Notes: a model not told the origin generated them from the letters alone. A stretch of 39,992 bases of DNA from Burkholderiaceae bacterium (GCA_036279795.1 DASUIK010000143.1:1-39992); one strand, 5' to 3'. Numbered from the stretch's first letter, positions 1 to 8,509 are shown. Numbers and translations are program-made.

Positions 1-843
1 TCGGTGCACATCCCCATGGTGATGCCCAAGCCCGACGTGCTGGCGCTCACCGGCGGCTACCGGCGCACGCCTTTCCTGCAGATCGGTGCCGACATCTACT
101 GCGACACCGCGCTCATCTGCGACGTGCTGGAACACCGCCAGCCTTTGCCCTCGCTGTACCCGGCGGCGGAAAAAGGCGTGGCGCGCATCGTGGCGCAATG
201 GGCCGACAGCACCTTGTTCTGGGCCGCCATGGCCTACAGCCTGCAACCCAAGGGAGCCGCCAGCATGTGGGAGGGCGCACCGCCCGAAGCGGTCAAGGCC
301 TTTGCGGCCGACCGGGGTGCCATGTCGCAAGGCATGACCCGCCTGCGCCCGGCCGACGCCACCGGCGCCTACAAGAGCTACCTGCGCCGCATTGCCCACA
401 TGCTGGAGCAGAATGACTACCTGCTGGGGGACGCGCCCTGCGTGGCCGACTTCGCCGTCTACCACCCGCTGTGGTTCACACGACACCGCACGCCCGCTGT
501 GGCTGACATCTTCCAGGCCACCCCGGTGGTGCTGGACTGGATGGACCGCATGGCGGCGCTGGGCCACGGTGCGCCCGAAAAAATGAGCGCCACCGACGCC
601 ATTGCGGTGGCCAAGGCCAGCACCCCAGCCGTCCACCCGGACGACCATTTCCAGAACGACCACGGCATCGACCTGGGCAGCTGTGTCGGCATCGCGGCCG
701 AAAGTTTTGGCCTTGAGGTGACCGAAGGCGAGCTGGTGGCCGCCACCCGCACGCAACTCACGCTGCGCCGTGTGGACGAACGCGCCGGCACGGTGCACGT
801 GCATTTCCCGCGCGCCGGTTATGTGATGCGCGCCGTGGCATGA
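1..843 (+). CDS. Glutathione S-transferase family protein (5'-truncated by window edge)
   Basis: GST N-domain segment MPKPDVLALTGGYRRTPFLQIGADIYCDT and C-domain YLLGDAPCVADFAVYH; frame open from the window start; stop TGA 841-843 overlaps the next ATG. Confidence 0.85.
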   Translation, partial: SVHIPMVMPKPDVLALTGGYRRTPFLQIGADIYCDTALICDVLEHRQPLPSLYPAAEKGVARIVAQWADSTLFWAAMAYSLQPKGAASMWEGAPPEAVKAFAADRGAMSQGMTRLRPADATGAYKSYLRRIAHMLEQNDYLLGDAPCVADFAVYHPLWFTRHRTPAVADIFQATPVVLDWMDRMAALGHGAPEKMSATDAIAVAKASTPAVHPDDHFQNDHGIDLGSCVGIAAESFGLEVTEGELVAATRTQLTLRRVDERAGTVHVHFPRAGYVMRAVA

Positions 844-1325
844 GCGTGGTGTGGCGTTTCCAGGCCTTTGACGCGCTGACCGTTGCCGAGCTGTACGCGA
901 TATTGCGTTTGCGCAGCGAGGTGTTTGTGGTCGAGCAGAACTGCGTGTTCCTGGACATGGACAACAGCGACGCCCAGGCCATGCACCTCATGGGCCACAC
1001 CGGCAAGATGGGCGAAGCTCAAGGTGAGTTGGTGGCCTACGCGCGGTGTTTTGGCCCCGGGGTCAAGTACGCCGAAGCGAGCATTGGCCGCGTGATCACC
1101 GCACCCCAGGCCCGCGCCGGCGGGCTGGGCCACGTGCTCATGCGCGAGGCGGTGCGGGCCGTGCAAGCGCACTGGGGCCCGCAGCCCATACGCATCGGCG
1201 CACAAGCGCGGCTGCAAGCGTTTTACGAACAACACGGGTTTGTCCGCGAGGGCGAGCCCTACATCGAAGACGGCATCCCACACATCGAGATGCTGCGACC
1301 ACCCAGCAGAGAGGAGCACACATGA
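840..1325 (+). CDS. elaA: ElaA-family GNAT N-acetyltransferase
   Basis: ELYAILRLRSEVFVVEQNC, IGRVIT, IGAQARLQAFYEQHGF and YIEDGIPHIEM are typical ElaA segments; ATGA overlaps at both ends. Confidence 0.85.
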   Translation: MSVVWRFQAFDALTVAELYAILRLRSEVFVVEQNCVFLDMDNSDAQAMHLMGHTGKMGEAQGELVAYARCFGPGVKYAEASIGRVITAPQARAGGLGHVLMREAVRAVQAHWGPQPIRIGAQARLQAFYEQHGFVREGEPYIEDGIPHIEMLRPPSREEHT

Positions 1326-2224
1326 TCACGGAATTCAAGGGCAGGACGGCGGTCATCACCGGCGCAGGTTCGGGCTTTGGCCTGGAGGTGGCGCGCATTG
1401 CCGCCAGCCGAGGCATGCAGCTGGTGCTGCTCGATGTTCAGAAGGACGCGCTGGACGCTGCGCAGGCCGAGTTGGAAGCCACCGGCGCCCAGGTGCTCGC
1501 GCAGCGGGTGGACGTGTCCAGCGCCGAACACATGGCGGCGCTGGCCGAGGCGGTGCAGGCGCGTTTTGGCGCGCCGCACTTCGTGTTCAACAACGCGGGT
1601 GTGGGCTCGGGCGGCTTGATCTGGGAAAACTCGGTCAAGGACTGGGAATGGGTGCTCGGCGTCAACCTCTGGGGCGTCATTCACGGCGTGCGTCTGTTCA
1701 CGCCCATGATGTTGGCCGCCGCCAAGGCCGACCCCGGCTGGCGCGGCCACATCGTCAACACCGCCAGCATGGCTGGCCTGCTCACCCCGCCCAACATGGG
1801 CGTGTACAACGTGAGCAAACACGCGGTGGTGGCACTGAGCGAAACGCTCTACCAAGACTTGCGCCTGGTCACCGACCAGATTGGCGCCAGTGTGTTGTGC
1901 CCGTACTTTGTGGCCACCGGCATCCACCAGAGCGATCGCAACCGCCCGCAGGACATGGCCGACGAAAAGCCCACCGCCAGCCAACGGGTCAACCAGGCCA
2001 TGACGGGCAAGGCCGTCACCAGTGGCAAGGTCACGGCCGCGCAGGTGGCGCAGAAGGTGTTCGCTGCCCTGGAAGCGGACCAGTTCTACATCTTCAGCCA
2101 CCCCCACGCCCTGGGCAACGTGCAAACCCGCATGGAAGATGTGCTGCAGGCGCGCAACCCCACAGACCCGTTCGCCGAGCGGCCCGAGGTCGGCGCCCAA
2201 CTGAAGGCCGCGCTGCGGGCCTGA
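1322..2224 (+). CDS. Short-chain dehydrogenase/reductase (SDR)
   Basis: TGAGSGFG, NNAG, TASMAG and YNVSK motifs; start moved to ATG 1322, which has GAGGAG upstream and overlaps the elaA stop. Confidence 0.9.
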   Translation: MITEFKGRTAVITGAGSGFGLEVARIAASRGMQLVLLDVQKDALDAAQAELEATGAQVLAQRVDVSSAEHMAALAEAVQARFGAPHFVFNNAGVGSGGLIWENSVKDWEWVLGVNLWGVIHGVRLFTPMMLAAAKADPGWRGHIVNTASMAGLLTPPNMGVYNVSKHAVVALSETLYQDLRLVTDQIGASVLCPYFVATGIHQSDRNRPQDMADEKPTASQRVNQAMTGKAVTSGKVTAAQVAQKVFAALEADQFYIFSHPHALGNVQTRMEDVLQARNPTDPFAERPEVGAQLKAALRA

Positions 2225-2247
2225 GCGGTCGCGCTGTGGAGGTGCAC

Positions 2248-2270
2248 CAGCCCTTCGGGGCTGTTTTTTT
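2248..2270 (+). terminator. Intrinsic terminator after the GST-ElaA-SDR operon
   Basis: CAGCCC-TTCG-GGGCTG hairpin followed by T7. Confidence 0.85.
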
Positions 2271-2282
2271 GATTAAAAAAAG

Positions 2283-2333
2283 TTTTATGCACAAAAAATA
2301 AAATTCTGGATACACTTTCCCTGGTGCATAAAA
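2283..2333 (+). promoter_or_regulatory. Putative sigma70 promoter of the VOC-FAH operon with two candidate GntR operators
   Basis: TTTTATGCACAAAA at 2283-2296 contains -35-like TGCACA (2288-2293), 17 nt before -10-like TACACT (2311-2316); an inverted partial copy GTGCATAAAA lies at 2324-2333. Confidence 0.65.
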
Positions 2334-2360
2334 ATGCAACAACACAACCAGGAGACAGAC

Positions 2361-2909
2361 ATGCTTCAAGTGACTCGGCCCACGCCTTCCCATTTCGGCA
2401 TCTTCGTGACCGATGTGGAGCGGATGGTGGCGTTCTACAAAGAGGTGTTCGGGCTGACCGAGACCGACCGCGGCGTGGGCCGCACCTTCAAGAGCCCGCT
2501 GGTGTTTTTGAGTGCCAGCCCCGAGCAGCACCACCAGCTGGTACTCGCGGGCGGTCGCCCGCCCGAGGCCAGCTTCAGCACCGTGATGCAGATTTCGTTT
2601 GCGGTGCCTGCCATCCAGTCGCTGCGCGACATCCTTGAACGCGCCCTCGCGCGGGGTGCCTCCAAGGTGGTGCCGCTCAACCACGGCAACGCGCTGTCGG
2701 TGTACTTCGCTGACCCCGAGGGCAACACCATCGAGACCTACATCGACATGCCTTTCTACATCTCGCAGCCGCACGGCGATCCGCTGGATTTGTCGATGTC
2801 CGATGCCGACATCCTGGCCCAGACCGAGGCCATCTGCCGCCGCGACCCGAGCTTCTTGCCCATCGAGGTGTGGCGCCAGCGTTTCCAGGCCCAGGCACCT
2901 GCCGCCTGA
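2361..2909 (+). CDS. VOC (glyoxalase/dioxygenase superfamily) protein
   Basis: SHFGIFVTDVERMVAFY, HHQLVL and SVYFADPEGNTIE are VOC-type; AGGAG precedes ATG 2361. Confidence 0.85.
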   Translation: MLQVTRPTPSHFGIFVTDVERMVAFYKEVFGLTETDRGVGRTFKSPLVFLSASPEQHHQLVLAGGRPPEASFSTVMQISFAVPAIQSLRDILERALARGASKVVPLNHGNALSVYFADPEGNTIETYIDMPFYISQPHGDPLDLSMSDADILAQTEAICRRDPSFLPIEVWRQRFQAQAPAA

Positions 2910-2945
2910 GCCCCATTTTTCGCATCACTTCAAAGAGGAATAACC

Positions 2946-3809
2946 ATGAAACTGCTTTCGTTTGTGTTGGACGGCCGTGAGACTTGGGGCGCCGTGGTGG
3001 GCGATGGTGTGGTGGACCTGGGGCGCCGCATTCCCGCATGCCCCACGCTGGCCGACTACATCGCGTCCGGGCGTTATCTCAAGGCGGCCGAGGATGTGCA
3101 AGGCCTCAGCGCCGATGCGCCCTTGGCCGGGCTGACCTACCTGCCGGTGATCCCCCGACCCGAAAAAATTGTTTGTGCGGTGCGCAACTACATGGACCAC
3201 CACCAGGAGGTGCTGGCGGCTGGCATGCACCGCGAACTGTCGGAGGAACCACCCATCTTTCTGCGCGTCTGGCGCTCGCAGGTGGCCCATGGCCAGGCCA
3301 TCGTGCGTCCCCGCGTCTCGGAGACGCTGGACTGGGAAGGCGAACTTGCCGTCATCATCGGCCAGGGCGGGCGCGATATCCCTGAGGACAAGGCCTACGA
3401 ACACGTGGCCGGCTACAGCGTCTACAACGACGCCAGCGTGCGCGAATGGCAGTTCCACGCCAAGCAGATCGCCTCGGGCAAAAACTTCGAATCCACCGGT
3501 GGTTTTGGCCCCTGGATGGTGACGGCCGATGAGATCGCGCCTGGCCGCGAACTCAAGCTGGAGACCCGCTTGAACGGTGAGGTGGTGCAGCACAGCCACA
3601 CCGGCCACATGATTTTTTCCATCCCGCGCCTGATCGCCTACGCCTCCACCATCTTCACCCTGGTGCCGGGCGACGTCATCATCACCGGCACACCCGCCGG
3701 TGTGGGTTGGAGCCGCAAACCCCAGTGGTTCATGAAGCCGGGCGACGTGTGCGAGGTGGAAATCGAAGCCATCGGCACGCTGGTCAACCCCATCGTTGCG
3801 CAGGACTGA
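2946..3809 (+). CDS. Fumarylacetoacetate hydrolase (FAH) family protein
   Basis: LDWEGELAVIIG, YNDAS, GKNF and LVPGDVIITGTPAGVG motifs; GAGGA RBS. Confidence 0.9.
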   Translation: MKLLSFVLDGRETWGAVVGDGVVDLGRRIPACPTLADYIASGRYLKAAEDVQGLSADAPLAGLTYLPVIPRPEKIVCAVRNYMDHHQEVLAAGMHRELSEEPPIFLRVWRSQVAHGQAIVRPRVSETLDWEGELAVIIGQGGRDIPEDKAYEHVAGYSVYNDASVREWQFHAKQIASGKNFESTGGFGPWMVTADEIAPGRELKLETRLNGEVVQHSHTGHMIFSIPRLIAYASTIFTLVPGDVIITGTPAGVGWSRKPQWFMKPGDVCEVEIEAIGTLVNPIVAQD

Positions 3810-3814
3810 ACGCC

Positions 3815-4804
3815 ATGCGTGCGATCCAGGTGCACACACCCGGGGGCCCCGAGGCCCTGGTGATGGTGACCTTGCCGGACCCTGTGCCCGGCGCCGGCCA
3901 GGTGCGGGTGCGCGCGCAGGCCATGGGTGTGGGCCGGCCCGACGTGCTGATACGCAACGGCACCTACAAGTGGATGCCACCCTTGCCAGCCATTCCCGGC
4001 GCCGAACTGGCCGGGGTGGTGGACGCCGTGGGTGAGGGCGTGACCCGCTGGCGCGAAGGCGATGCCGTGCTGGTCAGCGCGCGGGAGTTGCCCGAGCGCG
4101 GCGGCTGCTACGCAGAGGCCATTGTGGTGCCAGAAGACGCGCCCTTTGGCCTGCCAAAAGGCTTGACGTTGGAGTCCGCCCTGAGCGCGCCCAACCTGCA
4201 GCTGGCGCAGGCGCTGTTTCTGGCGGCTGGCCACGCCAACGCCCAATCGGTGCTCATCACCGGCGCGGCGGGTGGTGTGGCCACCATGCTGGCGCAACTG
4301 GCCCGGCACAAAGGCTTGGCCGTGCTGGGCACGGTGCGTTCTGAGGACAAGCGGCGTTTCGCCCTGGCCAACGGTTTTGACCAGGTGTTCAGTGCCAGCG
4401 AAGGCAGTTTGCCGCAGCGTGTGCGAGAGGCCACCGGTGGGCGCGGCGTGGACGTGGCGTTTGACCCCATCGGCGCGCAATCGCTCACCGACTGCCTGCA
4501 CAGCCTGGCGATGTTGGGTACGGCGGTGTCCTACAACGTGGTGGCCGGGCCTCCCGCCGAGGACGTGTTTGCCACGCTGCGCGCTTTGCTGGGGCGCAGC
4601 CTGGCGCTGCGCTGCTTCTCCATGCACAGCTTCGATGCCGACCGGACCCTGCGCCGCCAGCTCATGGACAGCGCGCTGCGGTTGCTGGCCGAAGGGCACG
4701 TGCGTGCACCCCAGGCCACGGTGATGGCACTGGACCAGGTGCAAGAGGTCCACCGCGTGCTGGACGCGGGCGGAACGATGGGAAAGATCGTGCTCACTCC
4801 CTGA
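3815..4804 (+). CDS. MDR-superfamily quinone oxidoreductase-like protein
   Basis: MRAIQVHTPGGPEAL start, IPGAELAGVVDAVGEGV, GAAGGVA, TGGRGVDVAFD and terminal GKIVL; lacks the Cys-rich structural-zinc lobe. Confidence 0.85.
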   Translation: MRAIQVHTPGGPEALVMVTLPDPVPGAGQVRVRAQAMGVGRPDVLIRNGTYKWMPPLPAIPGAELAGVVDAVGEGVTRWREGDAVLVSARELPERGGCYAEAIVVPEDAPFGLPKGLTLESALSAPNLQLAQALFLAAGHANAQSVLITGAAGGVATMLAQLARHKGLAVLGTVRSEDKRRFALANGFDQVFSASEGSLPQRVREATGGRGVDVAFDPIGAQSLTDCLHSLAMLGTAVSYNVVAGPPAEDVFATLRALLGRSLALRCFSMHSFDADRTLRRQLMDSALRLLAEGHVRAPQATVMALDQVQEVHRVLDAGGTMGKIVLTP

Positions 4805-4848
4805 CCGGGTGAGCGAGTTGGTGAACCAAAAAAGACAGGAGACAAACC

Positions 4849-5826
4849 ATGTTGCGACGTCAGTTTTTGCAGACCGGAGCCGTTGCGGCCACAGCTTTGG
4901 GCCTGGCCCCCAGCCACGGCTGGGCACAGGCCTACCCTGATCGCCCGATCAAGATCTTCCAGGGCTTTGCCGCCGGTGGCAACGCCGATGCCATTGCCCG
5001 TGCGGTGGGGGCCGAAATGGGCAAAACGCTGGGCCAGCCCATCGTGGTGGAGGCGCAGGCCGGGGCGGGGGGCACCATCGCCGCCAATACCGTGGCCCGG
5101 GCCAAGCCCGATGGCTACACGCTGTTGCTGGCCACGGGTGGGCACGCGGTGGCTGGCGCGCTCTACAAAACGCTGCCCTACAAAACGGTGCAGGACTTCG
5201 AGATGGTGAGCACCATCACCTTTTTCCCCTTCTTGCTGGTCACCACCGCAGAGGCCAAACCCGCCACCTTTCCCGAGTTGCTGGCCCAGGCCAAGGCGCA
5301 GCCGGGCAAGGTCGGCTACGGCACGGCGGGCATCGGCTCCACACACCACCTGGCTGGCGAGCTGCTGGCCAGCCAGTCACAAACACAACTGCTGCACGTG
5401 CCCTACCGGGGCGACGCGGCCTCGCTGACCGCGCTGTTGGCCGGCGACATCCCTTTCATCATCGCGCCACCCACTGCCGTGATGGCCAACATCAAGGCGG
5501 GTAAGCTGCGCGCCATCGCCACCACCGGGCCACAACGCTGGCAGGGCCTGCCCGATGTGCCCACTGTGGCCGAGCAGGGTGTGCCGGGTTATGACGTGCG
5601 TTCGTGGGCTGGCCTGATGGCGCCCGCAGGCACACCACGCGCGGTGGTGGACCGCTTGAACGCCGACGTGCAAAAGGCCTTGCTGGTGCCTGCGGTGCGC
5701 AGCCGGCTGGAAGACATGGGCGGCGAAGCCCGTGGCAGCAGCCCGGAGGAAATGCGTGCCATGGTGGCCGCCGAAACCCAGAAATGGACCCGTGTGGTGG
5801 CGGAAGCGAAAATCCCCCAACAGTGA
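4849..5826 (+). CDS. Bug/TctC-family periplasmic substrate-binding protein
   Basis: YPDRPIKI, FAAGGNADAIAR, AKPDGYTLL, HVPYRG, PDVPT and APAGTP; RR-containing signal peptide; AGGAG RBS. Confidence 0.92.
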   Translation: MLRRQFLQTGAVAATALGLAPSHGWAQAYPDRPIKIFQGFAAGGNADAIARAVGAEMGKTLGQPIVVEAQAGAGGTIAANTVARAKPDGYTLLLATGGHAVAGALYKTLPYKTVQDFEMVSTITFFPFLLVTTAEAKPATFPELLAQAKAQPGKVGYGTAGIGSTHHLAGELLASQSQTQLLHVPYRGDAASLTALLAGDIPFIIAPPTAVMANIKAGKLRAIATTGPQRWQGLPDVPTVAEQGVPGYDVRSWAGLMAPAGTPRAVVDRLNADVQKALLVPAVRSRLEDMGGEARGSSPEEMRAMVAAETQKWTRVVAEAKIPQQ

Positions 5827-5846
5827 TCCCACCAGGAGTTGTTCTC

Positions 5847-6425
5847 ATGTCCTTGATCGAAGTTCGAAAACGTTGCCTCACCATCGAAACCCAGTACCAC
5901 GAAGGTGGGCCGGCCGGGCCCGTGCCGCTGCGTCAGGCGGCCGCATGTGCCGTCATCCGCAACCCGTTCGCTGGGCGTTACGAGCCCGACCTCCTGCCCT
6001 TCATGGCCGAGCTGCGCAGCTTGGGCACCGAACTGGCCACTGAGCTGGTGGACGCCCTGGGTCGTGACCGGGTGGAAACCTACGGCAAGGCCGCCATCGT
6101 GGGGGTGAACGGCGAGCTGGAACATGGCGCCGTGTGGCACGAGGCCGGCGGCTGGGCCATGCGCCAGGTGCTGGGTGAGCCCAAGGCCATCGTGCCTTCG
6201 GCCAAAGCCGTGGGCTGCGCCGGCTACCGGCTCATGGTGCCGCTGCACCACATCCACGCTGCCTACGTGCGCAGCCACTTCAACAGCATGGAAGTGGGCT
6301 TGCAGGACGGCCCGCGCCCCAATGAAATCCTGTTCGCCCTGGTGATGGGCACGGGCCCGCGCGTGCACGCACGCCTGGGTGGGCTGACCAAGGAACAGGT
6401 TTCGGTCCACGACGGCCAGCGCTGA
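5847..6425 (+). CDS. 'Amino acid synthesis' (AA_synth/DUF1185) family protein, function unknown
   Basis: AVIRNPFAGRY, YGKAAIVGVNGELEHGA, AYVRSHF and GPRVHAR are characteristic of this family; AGGAG RBS before ATG 5847. Confidence 0.85.
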   Translation: MSLIEVRKRCLTIETQYHEGGPAGPVPLRQAAACAVIRNPFAGRYEPDLLPFMAELRSLGTELATELVDALGRDRVETYGKAAIVGVNGELEHGAVWHEAGGWAMRQVLGEPKAIVPSAKAVGCAGYRLMVPLHHIHAAYVRSHFNSMEVGLQDGPRPNEILFALVMGTGPRVHARLGGLTKEQVSVHDGQR

Positions 6426-6475
6426 ACATGACACCCCCGTCATCGGGGGCGTTCCTCCCGTGTTTCCAGCGGCTG

Positions 6476-7147
6476 TCAGGCCGCCATCTGTGTGCGCAGG
6501 ATGGCTTCCACGTTGTGTTGCGTGCCCAGGATGTGCTCTTTGAGCAGCAGGCAGGCCGTGGCCACATCGCGCTTGATCGTGGCGTCCATGAGTCGCTTGT
6601 GTTCGTTGGACTTGCGCTTGAGTGTCTTGCGGTAACGACCTGAAAAGCGCCGGTAACGTTCGGCCTGGTCAAACAGGCTGGCGCTCCAGGCCCGTTGTCG
6701 GTCGGACGGGCAGGCCGCAATGAGTGCCAGGTGGAAATCGCGGTGCAAGGCGCTCCAGTCATCGTCCAGGATCACCGGCCCGTCGCTCAGCCGCGATTCC
6801 ACTTTTTCCAGCCGGTGGAAGGCGGCCACGATCGCGGCCTCCCAAGCGTCGTCGCCTTCGCGAATCGCATCTTCCAGGGCTTGCACGTCCAACATCAGGC
6901 GCATGCGCGTGATGTCTTCCAGATCCTCGCTCGACAGCGGCGCCACCCGAAACCCACGGCGCTCATCGGCTCGCACCAGGCCCTCTTGCGCCAACCGACT
7001 CAGCGCTTCGCGCAGTGGGCTGCTGGAGAATCCGTAGGCCTGCTGCAACTCCTCCACCTTGAGTTTGGTGCCAGCGGGAAAGGTGCCAACCAGCACGTCC
7101 TTGCGCAGCCGCGCGAATGCCTGTTCGGCGAGGGGGGCTTCAGCCAT
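6476..7147 (-). CDS. GntR-family (FadR/FCD) transcriptional regulator
   Basis: N-terminal wHTH (FPAGTKLKV...SSSPLREALSRLAQEGLV...RRGFRV) and FCD domain (HRDFHLAL, EHKRL); GGAG before ATG 7147. Confidence 0.9.
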   Translation of the reverse strand: MAEAPLAEQAFARLRKDVLVGTFPAGTKLKVEELQQAYGFSSSPLREALSRLAQEGLVRADERRGFRVAPLSSEDLEDITRMRLMLDVQALEDAIREGDDAWEAAIVAAFHRLEKVESRLSDGPVILDDDWSALHRDFHLALIAACPSDRQRAWSASLFDQAERYRRFSGRYRKTLKRKSNEHKRLMDATIKRDVATACLLLKEHILGTQHNVEAILRTQMAA

Positions 7148-7172
7148 GGAGTCACTCCGTTGTGTGGTGTGA

Positions 7173-7188
7173 ATTTTATGCACAAAAT
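7173..7188. promoter_or_regulatory. Candidate GntR autoregulatory operator overlapping the gntR -10
   Basis: Near-palindrome ATTTTATGCACAAAAT whose 14-bp core is identical to 2283-2296; contains minus-strand TAAAAT (7173-7178). Confidence 0.65.
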
Positions 7189-7236
7189 GGCTTCTGTGGA
7201 CGGGATTTTTGCCCTCAAGTGGCGACAAACGACCAG

Positions 7237-7259
7237 CAAAAAGCCGCCCGAAGGCGGCT
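7237..7259 (-). terminator. Intrinsic terminator of the RRM gene
   Basis: Minus strand reads AGCCGCC-TTCG-GGCGGCT-TTTTG: a cUUCGg tetraloop plus U-tract. Confidence 0.85.
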
Positions 7260-7314
7260 CTTGAAGCGACGGGTCATGCGTGCAGCACGAGGCTGCCGCG
7301 GCCCGTCAGGCGGC

Positions 7315-7620
7315 TCAATAAGAGCGACGCGGTTCGCGGTCGCGGTAGCCGCCACCAAAGCCGGTGTTCGACTCTTTCGGCCGCGACACATTGACCACGA
7401 TAGAGCGGCCACCGACGGACATGCCGTTCAAGCCGGCAATCGCTGCCTGGGCTTCTTCCGCATTGCCCATTTCGACAAAGCCGAAACCCTTGGAGCGACC
7501 CGAGTCGCGGTCCATCATCACGGTGGCCGAACCCACGCTGCCGTAGGCAGAGAAGTTGTGGCGCAGGGCTTGGTCGTCGATGGTGTAGGGCAGGTTGCCC
7601 ACGTACAGTTTGCTGCTCAT
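7315..7620 (-). CDS. RRM-domain RNA-binding protein (Rbp-like)
   Basis: RNP2 LYVGNL, RNP1 KGFGFVEM and a short Gly/Arg-rich tail. Confidence 0.95.
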   Translation of the reverse strand: MSSKLYVGNLPYTIDDQALRHNFSAYGSVGSATVMMDRDSGRSKGFGFVEMGNAEEAQAAIAGLNGMSVGGRSIVVNVSRPKESNTGFGGGYRDREPRRSY

Positions 7621-7791
7621 GATGAGCCTTTCAGAGAGAGTGTGCTGCCGGATGTTTGTGGCGGCACTGAGAGAGGCGTGGTGTCAATCAAGACCACGCT
7701 GAGAATGCGCCCTTCCTTTCGGTTTGGGCGCATGACAGGACACGTTTGCCGTTGAGCTGCGTGTCCTGAAGCCGCGGATTGACCGCAGCAA
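7621..7791 (-). ncRNA. Putative structured cis-regulatory 5' leader of the RRM gene (five hairpins)
   Basis: Inverted repeats at 7771-7777/7783-7789, 7736-7744/7760-7768, 7705-7712/7726-7733, 7676-7682/7693-7699 and 7642-7649/7660-7667; GAAA tetraloop in mRNA sense; CU-repeat linkers. Confidence 0.6.
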
Positions 7792-7797
7792 GCGCAA

Positions 7798-7826
7798 ATT
7801 ATATTCTTATTTGAAATATTTGTCGC
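7798..7826 (-). promoter_or_regulatory. Putative sigma70 promoter of the RRM gene
   Basis: Perfect TATAAT (7798-7803, minus strand) with GCGACA 17 nt upstream (7821-7826), inside a strongly AT-rich tract (about 7795-7865). Confidence 0.6.
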
Positions 7827-7876
7827 AATTTTTATAATCTAAATTTATATTTTGATTGGGTATTGCAAGCACCGCC

Positions 7877-8467
7877 TCATGCTGTTTCGAACTGTTGCGC
7901 GTTCTTGCCTTTGAACGGTGCGTAAAACCCCTTGATCGCCGCCATGTCGGCCTCCACGTTGCCCGTGGGCACGAACACTGGGCCTAGCCCGCTGCGCTTG
8001 TCGTGGTAGTCCATATATGCCATGACGATGGGCACCTGGGCGCCCACAGCGATGTGGTAGAAGCCCGTTTTCCAATAGCGCGTTTTGCTGCGGGTGCCTT
8101 CGGGCGGCACGATGAGTTGCAGGGGGCCGTCGGCCGCTTGGATGGCAGCCACGGAGGCGGCCACCAGGTTGGTGGACTGTTCGCGGTTCACAGGGATGCC
8201 GCCCAGCCAGCGCATCACACCGCGGAAGGGCGGCTTGAAGATGCTTTGTTTGCCCATCCAGTAGACGTTCAAGCGCAAGGCAAACGCCACCATCAGGGTG
8301 TAGGGCAAGTCCCAGTTGCTGGTGTGGGGCGCGGCGATCAGCACCGCTTTGCTTGCATCGGCCGGTAAGGCGCCTTCCACGCGCCAGCCGGTCAAACGCA
8401 AAAAGGCCAAGGAAAAGCCGCGCAGCAGGGTGTTGACCACGGGCGTCGTGAAAATGGTGCGGTGCAT
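7877..8467 (-). CDS. PlsC-family lysophospholipid acyltransferase
   Basis: HTSNWD (HxxxxD), GGIPVNR and PEGTRS motifs. Confidence 0.88.
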   Translation of the reverse strand: MHRTIFTTPVVNTLLRGFSLAFLRLTGWRVEGALPADASKAVLIAAPHTSNWDLPYTLMVAFALRLNVYWMGKQSIFKPPFRGVMRWLGGIPVNREQSTNLVAASVAAIQAADGPLQLIVPPEGTRSKTRYWKTGFYHIAVGAQVPIVMAYMDYHDKRSGLGPVFVPTGNVEADMAAIKGFYAPFKGKNAQQFETA

Positions 8468-8509
8468 GGGAGGAGTATCGCCCCACATCGGGCAGGGGCT
8501 GTAGGCAGC

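Noticed and set aside
4849-4930. Twin-arginine-like signal on the Bug protein
   Set aside because: RR-containing leaders are common in Bug proteins; not distinctive.
7621-7791. Hairpin series as a CRISPR array or REP cluster
   Set aside because: The stems differ in sequence, there are no direct repeats with spacers, and no cas gene or transposase is present.
7795-7865. AT-rich tract as a replication origin or island boundary
   Set aside because: No DnaA boxes, iterons, tRNA or integrase; a promoter with upstream element explains it.
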